From: the human T2T-CHM13v2.0 reference genome, Homo sapiens | Strand: one strand, 5' to 3' | Assembly: GCF_009914755.1 (NCBI RefSeq) | Contig: NC_060926.1 | DNA: 64,000 nucleotides | Shown here: one piece after another, positions 42,283 to 52,143 of the stretch | How the letters are laid out: each line of letters opens with the position of its first letter | Position numbering within the stretch: the stretch's first letter is position 1 | Program-made: the position numbers and the translations under genes | Notes under the pieces: model-generated | Told to the model about the DNA's origin: nothing | Databases searched by the model: none | Seen by the model: only the letters and a program-made list of their open reading frames with translations

Positions 42283-44287
42283 CATTTAATAATTTCTGCT
42301 AACTTTGTATGTGTTTGAAACTTCACAATAAAAAGGGAAAACAGATGCAGTTTTTCTGATCTAGGGAAGATGCTGACCACTTTCTTCATCTGTAGGAAAA
42401 ACCAAAACAAGAAGGAAATGAGACTAAATGATTATAGAGGAGAGTATAAACAGCTTAATTAAGAAGATATTTCACCACTAGGAAAACTTCCCATGCAAAG
42501 TGCATCCTAGTGCCTGGTCATCTCTCAAATTTAATGTTTACTAGTTTTAATCGCAAGAGTAATAAATAAAAACTAATGATTCATTTTGCAGAATAATAGG
42601 TATACTGTAATCCCAGTTCTCATACATTGGAGAAAAACAAAATTTAGAAAATGAGATTCCTCTATAGTCACAGCCCTTATATCACCGCTCTCAATGGTTT
42701 TGTAAACCATTCAGATTTCTTTATGTGTGATTAGAACTGGGATTATATTAGACCTATTATTCTGCAATTTCTTTTTCTTCTTTTTTGCCTAAATATTCTG
42801 CTAAGAGAGTTTGTGAAACAGAATAAACAGCTGTTTAGACAGAAAAGCTAAAAACAGTTGAAAACAGCTAAAAGCAGCTTCTTTTCTGTTCAGATTCCAA
42901 GATCATGCCAATTTTATCCATATTTTAATATCTGGCATGATCCAGGATCTTTTTAACCTAAGGACATAATTTTCCACAATTATTATCCTTTTTACCTAAG
43001 GACAAAAAAATTACAGTAGTGAAAATAACCCGAAAAGCAAGATCCTGAAGTTCCGTGCTTGCAGTTGGCTGGCCCTCTGTGCCTCTGTGGGCAGGTGGCC
43101 GCCGGGCTTTGTGTCTGAGGGGCTGCATAGTAGAATGACTCAGCAAAGCAGTGGCCTGGGGAGCATAGAAGAGGCTGACTAAGATTATGAGCTTTCAGGG
43201 GAGCATTCTTTTTAGCTGGCAAATTTCTCTTTTAAGGTAATGAAAGTGTTTCAGGTTCCTCTTTGTCCATTTGCAAATAAACTGGTGAGTTAACGTCACT
43301 CCCAGTGCAAATGAGAGTGTAGTGCACACGTCATGAAGATGAAGTGGTTTCCCCTTAATTTTGCATATTTTCTTGTCTGCTTTTAACTCTAGAAGATATT
43401 TGCCTTCACCTGATTTACAGTCAGGTTCGTTTCTCGCATCGTAAATGGACTCTTCTCGGTTGTCCTCACAAATTATTCATTGCTCTCATTTCATGTATGA
43501 TGCCCCTGATTTTGTAGCATTGGCCCTAATAGAATATTAGACAAAACTCAAGGAGGAGAAACTTGTGTGGGGATAGGGGAATAGATGGGTGCCCTTTGTA
43601 GAACAGAACTCTGTCTTGGGCTTCTTTTTTTTATCCTGTAAGGCTTAACTGTAAGAAGCTCACAGTATCTCCATATAAGCCTTCTGGTTGATTGACAAAT
43701 ATTCTCAGCAGGGATTATTTAAGAAAACGGATCTCAATATTTCTAAGAGCTAGCTGCAGTGACTCATGGTGAACAGAGAATTATGATTGGACAGTGTTAG
43801 AGCCATTGAGACCACGTTATTGCACCTCAATGCTTAGCATAACGCCTCATGCATCTACTTGTTCATCCATCCATTTTTCAGCTAGCTTTTACTACATGAA
43901 ATCCTGATATGAAGCTCTATGCCACGTGTTTACTCCATATACCTATCCCAGTGACTCTTTCAACTCAAGCTTGCTCTCTGAGGACAAAATCATGAACACA
44001 TCCACAGACCCACACTCTACCTCTCTCCCACTAGAAGACCAGAATCCGTTTTCCAGTTCCCCCAAGCCCAAGCACTGTGACTCTCACCTGTCCATGGAAG
44101 CCTCTAAGCCACTCCCCCCAGCCCCCATCCTGTTCCTTGGTCTCCTTCCTCCTCAGCACCTTGGAGCCTCCAGAGTTGATCTTACTTCTTCTCAGGTCCC
44201 CCTGGCATCCTCATGGGCCCTGACAGACTCATTTAGAGAGCCAAAGAGCCCTCTATGAGGTTTCCAAATTTTTCCCAATTAAGATTA

Positions 44288-44590
<303 letters not shown>

Positions 44591-46349
44591 TTAACTTGTC
44601 TCTTCCATGCTGGGGAGTAAAAGCCTCTCTGCTTCCATGCCCAGCTTCTACCCTTGCCCTGTCCAAAATAAAGCAAAGTCCAATCCCAGCTGGCTCCTCC
44701 CTGCTACCTGGGGAGTATTCTCACTTGCGCTTTACATCTCTGCTTGGCACCCTCAAGCCTCAAAAAGAGGTTTTTATTGTAATATCATATTACACTAAAT
44801 TTGAAAAAGAAAAAGTAACACCCTCTCACCCCCACACCCAAATACAGCCACAGTTATCATTTTGGTGGGTTTGACTGGGCTCCTCTTTCTTGTGAATGTT
44901 GTCATGGTTATATGCACACAATGTTGTGCCCTGCTCCTGTCAAAAGCATGCCTCCATGTTGCTACATGAACAATAGTCACCATGTACATGCATAACAACA
45001 TTAAAACATTTATAATGAACTGTAATTTTAGCACTGCATACACCTATCAAAATGACAATTAACACTCAAGTGATACTTTGCTCCATATTTTGGATTTTTT
45101 TTTTTTTTTTTTGTAGAGAGGGTTAAGAACACTCTTGCAATTCTTAACACATCATGATAAATTGATCTCCATGGGAGACTGTACAAATGCATACTGTCAA
45201 GAGCAATCTGAGAAGATAGCAGTTTTACCATATCCCTGTCAGCACTGGAAATTGCAATGGAAATGTTAATTTTCGTTAATGTATCAGGGCAAAAGGTAGC
45301 TCTTCATTGATATTTATTTCAATTTGATTACTAATATGGTTGTTGAATAGTTTTTCATGGGCCAGTTATACCAGAACGGGTCTAAGCCAGCTAAGTGCTC
45401 TGCTGTCTTTCCCTTTGGTGTCTATACTGTGGAAAGTTATTGTTCATAGAGCTTTTGCGAGCTTGCCACCTCTGCCATTGATACCAGGCACGCCATATTT
45501 TGTAGAGCCAGCTTTATTTTTATTTTGAAGTGGCTTCCCCCTTTCTGAAAAGGGACTTGGCAAGAGTTCCGTTCTGTCACAGTGAATTAGACACCAACTT
45601 CCCTTGTCAACAGAAGTTGGCCTGTTGGGCTAGACTTGGGCACCAGGTGCCACCTCCTGCTTGGCTGCCCTCTCAGTGACATCATCTATACCTGGAATGC
45701 CCAGTGGGTATTGCACTAGGAAAGAATCTGGCCTGCTTGGACTGTGTCTGGTCACAGGTCAGTGGAATTTGAGGAGCAACACAGTGGCAAAGCCCCACAA
45801 GGACTGGCAGCCTGACTCAAGAAGGCTCTAAACCATTCATCCCCTTCAACTGCCACACCACCATATCTGGCCCATCAGTGCTGAGAAGGTGAGCCAGGTG
45901 GGGACCACAGTGTCACTAAGTCAAACATGATGAGGCAGAAGGAAAGGTCTCGGCATAGAAAATGTGCCCTCTGTCTTGAGGCAGAGCCATCCATTTTATA
46001 TGCTCAATCAACATATATGTAGCATTTTTATGCTGTTCAATCACCCTCCTGAAAATGTTCATGACAAAACAGACCCTCCCCACAGGCCTACCTTCCCTTG
46101 CCCTGGCAGCAGCCTCCTTGAACAGAGTCCCAGGGAGACAGAATAATAAAAATTACAACTTCCTTTATCAGGAGGAAGGCTGCACCCTCACACTGATTGC
46201 CTTTGCCTGAAAAGTTTCTTGGCCACACCGTGGCTTCCTTGGGCTTTTGGGGCTCACTGTGGGGCTGCCTATCTCTCTCCACACCACACACACATTTAAG
46301 CTCTTCACTGGGACATCATGAGCTAAGAAGTCTGAGATTTTGCTTTTCT

Positions 46350-49300
46350 CTCTATCAAAACTTTATTGAATGTCCATCATGTGCTAGACTTTGCAACAAA
46401 GCCAAGTCAGACTTGGCCTGCCCTCTGGGAACTCACAGGCAACAAAGTTCATGATCAAAGTAATGTCAGCTAAGAATTTTGCTAGCTAGGCACAGAACGC
46501 ATAGGAAAGATGAGGTCAAGGCAAGTTTCTTAGAAGCCATGAAGGCTGAGCTGAATTTGGGGACTCCAGAAAACAGAAGACGTAAAATTGCAAAAGGTCC
46601 TTGTTCTCAAAATGTTGTCTTAAAAGCTCTGAGCTTCCTGAAAGATTTCAGGCAAGCCAGGGGAGGGAGGGCAGGCATGGCTAACTTTGCATTTAGGACA
46701 GATCCCCTTGGCAGCCATGTTGGGCATAGATGGGAAGATAGGAAGGCCAGGGGAATGGTCATACCCCAGCGAAGAAGTGATGAGTGCCTGGGTTCAAGCA
46801 GGATCCATGGGGTGTGGGGGGACAGTGCGGTTTTCAGAGGCAGTAAAGAAGAGGGGCTCCCCAGCTTGGATTTGGTGGTGGTGGGAAAGGGAGGATTTAA
46901 GATGATATCCAGTTTCCTGGTTCAAGCAGTGGACACACATTTGGGGGAAAGAGGACAAGTTCTGTTTTGCAGATGGCGTATTCTGGACATCCGGGAGATA
47001 CATTCGGGGGAAACAGGACGAGTTCAGTTTTGCCGATGGCGTATTCTGGACATCCGGGAGATACATTCGGGGGAAAGAGGACGAGTTCAGTTTTGCAGAT
47101 GGCGTATTCTGGACATCCGGGAGATACATTCTGGGGAAAGAGGACGAGTTCAGTTTTGCAGATGGCGTATTCTGGACATCTGGGAGATACATTCGGGGGA
47201 AACAGGACGAGTTCAGTTTTGCAGATGGCGTATTCTGGACATCCGGGAGATACATTCGGGGGAAAGAGGACGAGTTCAGTTTTGCAGATGGCGTATTCTG
47301 GACATCCGGGAGATACATTCTGGGGAAAGAGGACGAGTTCAGTTTTGCAGATGGCGTATTCTGGACATCCGGGAGATACATTCGGGAGAAAGAGGACGAG
47401 TTCAGTTTTGCAGATGGCGTATTCTGGACATCCGGGAGATACATTCTGGGGAAAGAGGACGAGTTCAGTTTTGCAGATGGAGTATTCTGGACATCCGGGA
47501 GATACATTCGGGGGAAAGAGGACGAGTTCAGTTTTGCAGATGGAGTATTCTGGACATCCGGGAGATACATTCTGGGGAAAGAGGACGAGTTCAGTTTTGC
47601 AGATGGCGTATTCTGGACATCCGGGAGATACATTCGGGGGAAACAGGACGAGTTCAGTTTTGCAGATGGCGTATTCTGGACATCCGGGAGATACATTCGG
47701 GGGAAAGAGGACGAGTTCAGTTTTGCAGATGGCGTATTCTGGACATCCGGGAGATACATTCGGGGGAAAGAGGACGAGTTCAGTTTTGCAGATGGCGTAT
47801 TCTGGACATCCGGGAGATACATTCGGGGGAAAGAGGACGAGTTCAGTTTTGCAGATGGCGTATTCTGGACATCCGGGAGATACATTCGGGGGAAAGAGGA
47901 CGAGTTCAGTTTTGCAGATGGCGTATTCTGTACATCCGGGAGATACATTCGGGGGAAAGAGGACGAGTTCAGTTTTGCAGATGGCGTATTCTGGACATCC
48001 GGGAGATACATTCGGGGGAAAGAGGACGAGTTCAGTTTTGCAGATGGCGTATTCTGGACATCCGGGAGATACATTCTGGGGAAAGAGGATGAGTTCAGTT
48101 TTGCAGATGGCGTATTCTGGACATCCGGGAGATACATTCGGGGGAAAGAGGACGAGTTCAGTTTTGCAGATGGCGTATTCTGGACATCCGGGAGATGATA
48201 CATTCAGGGGAAAGAGGACGAGTTCAGTTTTGCAGATGGCGTATTCTGGACATCCGGGAGATACATTCGGGGGAAAGAGGACGAGTTCAGTTTTGCAGAT
48301 GGCGTATTCTGGACATCCGGGAGATACATTCGGGGGAAAGAGGACGAGTTCAGTTTTGCAGATGGTGTATTCTGGACATCCGGGAGATACATTCGGGGGA
48401 AAGAGGACGAGTTCAGTTTTGCAGATGGCGTATTCTGGACATCCGGGAGATACATTCTGGGGAAAGAGGACGAGTTCAGTTTTGCAGATGGCGTATTCTG
48501 GACATCCGGGAGATACATTCGGGGGAAAGAGGACGAGTTCAGTTTTGCAGATGGCGTATTCTGGACATCCGCGAGATACATTCTGGGGAAAGAGGATGAG
48601 TTCAGTTTTGCAGATGGCGTATTCTGGACATCTGGGAGATGATACATTCGGGGGAAAGAGGATGAGTTCAGTTTTGCAGATGGCGTATTCTGGACATCCG
48701 GGAGATACATTCGGGGGAAAGAGGACGAGTTCAGTTTTGCAGATGGCGTATTCTGGACATCCGGGAGATACATTCTGGGGAAAGAGGATGAGTTCAGTTT
48801 TGCAGATGGCGTATTCTGGACATCTGGGAGATACATTCGGGGGAAAGAGGACGAGTTCAGTTTTGCAGATGGCGTATTCTGGACATCTGGGAGATGATAC
48901 ATTCGGGGGAAAGAGGACGAGTTCAGTTTTGCAGATGGCGTATTCTGGACATCCGGGAGATACATTCTGGGGAAAGAGGACGAGTTCAGTTTTGCAGATG
49001 GCGTATTCTGGACATCCGGGAGATACATTCTGGGGAAAGAGGACGAGTTCAGTTTTGCAGATGGCGTATTCTGGACATCTGGGAGATACATTCTGGGGAA
49101 AGAGGACGAGTTCAGTTTTGCAGATGGCGTATTCTGGACATCCGGGAGATATTCGGGTGTGTCCTCAGTGGCTCAAGCCCAGGACAAGGACCCAAGACTC
49201 CAAGGCAACATGTGGTGAAATCCACGGCTGAGTCTATCGCTGAGTGGGACCACGTAGGTCCTGCTATAGAAGAGGTGAGTCCCAAGGCCAAAGCTGGGTT

Positions 49301-49620
49301 CCCTGACCTCTAAGATGGTAACAGCAGAGAAGGACGGTACAAAGAAGATTGAGAAATCCTGGCCAGAGCAGGTGGACAACAAAAGGGTTTCTGGAAGAAG
49401 TGTCTACTGTGTCAAACATTAAAAGAAGGTTAAGTAAGAAAAAGGTCGGAAGTGTCCACTGGTTGGGACAAAGAAGAGGCAGCGAGTATCAGTAGCTGGT
49501 TCAGGAAGATTGGTTGTGAAAGGAAGGTGGGATGAGAGGGGAAAATGTGGTCAAGAGAGAGGTTTTTGTCAGGATGGGGGACTTTAGCGCATGTAAAGCA
49601 TGGAGGATTGCTTTAAATTG
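46350..49620 (-). mobile_element. L2 LINE (antisense) hosting the 63-bp VNTR
   Basis: L2 3' end at ~46360 (TTTATTGAATGTCCATCATGTGCTAGAC). L2-like flanks on both sides of the array: AAGATGATATCCAGTTTCCTGGTTCAAGCA and GTGTCAAA...AGGTTAAGTAAGA...AAGTGTCCACTGG. Confidence 0.75.
46937..49157. repeat. Minisatellite/VNTR, 63-bp unit, ~35 copies
   Basis: Consensus GGGGAAAGAGGACGAGTTCAGTTTTGCAGATGGCGTATTCTGGACATCCGGGAGATACATTCG. I counted 35 units from the 21-aa periodicity of ORF 46967-49231. Three units carry an extra GAT. Confidence 0.99.
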
Positions 49621-50462
49621 CAGTTTACAGAAATGCAGCAGACTTTTCTGTCTCAGGGGAGTGGCACAGTTTCTTTTGCACCTTCTTAAGCTTGCATGGC
49701 TCTGGAAAGTGAGCTTTCTCTATCAACATGTGGAAATAGAGGGTAGGACAGAGTAAGAGGCGTTGTACAAGAAAACAACAGGAGGATTGAAGGGGAACCA
49801 GTGGGAGGGAGGAGGAGTGAGCAGAAAGGAGGTGGAGCTCAAAAGAGAGAGGAGAGGAGCTGAGTATGTGTGGAAGAAGAGAGGTCATGCGAAGAACTTC
49901 TCAGGGCAGCCAGGCATGGCTTGGCAGACTGGGGATGACTAAGATTCCACTTGCAGTTACCTGCTTAACCAGGTAACCTCAAAGCCCAGTAAACGTCACT
50001 CATGCCCAATCACTTTTGTGTCAGTAGAGTTTGGAGGTCTTTATTAGGGACAAAGGTTTAGATCAATATGTGGAAAAAAGAAGAAAATAGCCATAAGAAT
50101 TAGAATATGAGTGAGAAACATAATTCTGCTTGAGTCAGTGCAGGGGTAGACAAGTGTCTATTTCCCCCTGACTGTGAGGAGGGTCTGTCCATTTCATTGG
50201 TTATATCAGGAGGGAGGCTGGCAGGTTTGGGGCTGCAGGTTCCTGATTGTTGGTTTACAGAGGTTAAAAACCCAGGAAAAATGGAAAGGTTGAAGAAATG
50301 GGTCAGTTTCTTCTGTCTTTGTGCTGCTCCTTCCATCTTTCCTCCCACACATGGAGGACAGCATCCTCCACCCCACAACTCAAGTTCCTTTCCAGCTTTC
50401 AGATGCTCCCCGTCTGCCCTGGAGGCAGCATCAAACCCTGCAGGTGACTGGGTGCAGGTGAT

Positions 50463-51432
50463 TTGGTAATTTTGCCAAATTACCAATCACTATTTCCCAA
50501 AAGTCAATTAATTGAAAAACAATTTGCTGAAAATTAATTTTCCAAACGATCAATTTCCATGAGAAGTGATCTCTGGAATTCACCCAAAAGTTGCTTTGGT
50601 TAATTACTTTTAAAATTATAACAATTTGTGTGCTCTGGTTTCTAAAACACTGAGGATTTCCCCCCAGCTTTGGTTTTCTATTTCACTTATATTTAGCAGT
50701 TTAGTTTGCAAGTGTCAGGTATGTTTTTATCAGCCGTTTTGCTGTGGATTTCTCAGTCCCTCCCTGGTAAATGTCAATTTCATGTGGGTTTCCATATTTC
50801 AGGAGTGGGACACTTCTCAAACACACAATATTTTTTTGGTGTCAATAGACGGGTTTTCCCTCAACCACATTTATTGTCAATTCCAATTTTAGACTTGTGT
50901 CTAAATTGGACTACAGTTCCCACTTTTGGATTTTGTCATTGGGGAAGTTGTCATGGATATGTGAAAATTAACATGCAGAAAAAACTTTTATTTGGCTGAC
51001 TGCCAAACCACTTTGAAAAAAAGAAGATGACGAAAATTGGTGTAAAATTGCACTTGAAGGGCAAGATCATCTTTTCTGAAAACCAAAGGTTAGAATATAA
51101 AAAGCCTCATGAATTGCCAAAACCTTTATAGTAACTACTGAGGAGTAGTCAGCTTCTGAAATATGAACCACATGCCTATAAATCTGATAGAAAACAGTGG
51201 TAGAGAAACTAAAAATGCAACATCTCAACTAAATACAACCAAAGGCCAAAATGTTGGGAAAAAATCATTACCAGATTTCGAAACTTTCTGTGAAACACAT
51301 ATGATTACACATTTTGTAAATAATTACTACAAAGAAGTTTTTAGTGATTTGGGAATCTGTGAAACTGGTCGTTTTGCAAATTGATTTTTAACATAGTGGC
51401 TTTTAGGCAATTGGTGTGACTTTTGGCAAATG
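50463..51432. mobile_element. Possible ancient DNA transposon with imperfect terminal inverted repeats (unclassified)
   Basis: The left end TTTGCCAAA...CCAAAAG...AAAACAATTTGC resembles the reverse complement of the right end GCAAATTGATTTTT...CTTTTAGG...TTTTGGCAAAT. The interior is AT-rich. Confidence 0.4.
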
Positions 51433-51436
51433 TTCT

Positions 51437-51876
<440 letters not shown>

Positions 51877-52143
51877 TCAGGCTGAAGTCCAGGCACCTCG
51901 TGGGACCTTCCAGGCCTCACGGATCTGGCTCCTCTACCCCATGAGCCCAGTGAACACCTCTCATGTGCAGGGCCTGGCGTCCGACCTGCCCTTGAGATGC
52001 ACCCCGCCACACTGCAGTCGGTGTCTTGTGCACTCCTCTCTAGTGTGCCACCTCTGAAAGGTGGGCACCAGCCAACCCTGGTCACCATTCACAGTAGCAC
52101 AGCTAAACGCGATCAATTAGTGATTTTTAAAGTTCAGTGCTTT

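Noticed and set aside
45640-45665. CTCF-like motif (minus strand GCAGGAGGTGGCAC)
   Set aside because: The match is only partial, and such matches are expected by chance in 64 kb.
46937-49157. CRISPR array or genuine repeat-protein gene
   Set aside because: The units are contiguous with no unique spacers, there are no cas genes, and the context is primate DNA. The long ORFs follow automatically from a stop-free 63-bp unit, so no CDS is called.
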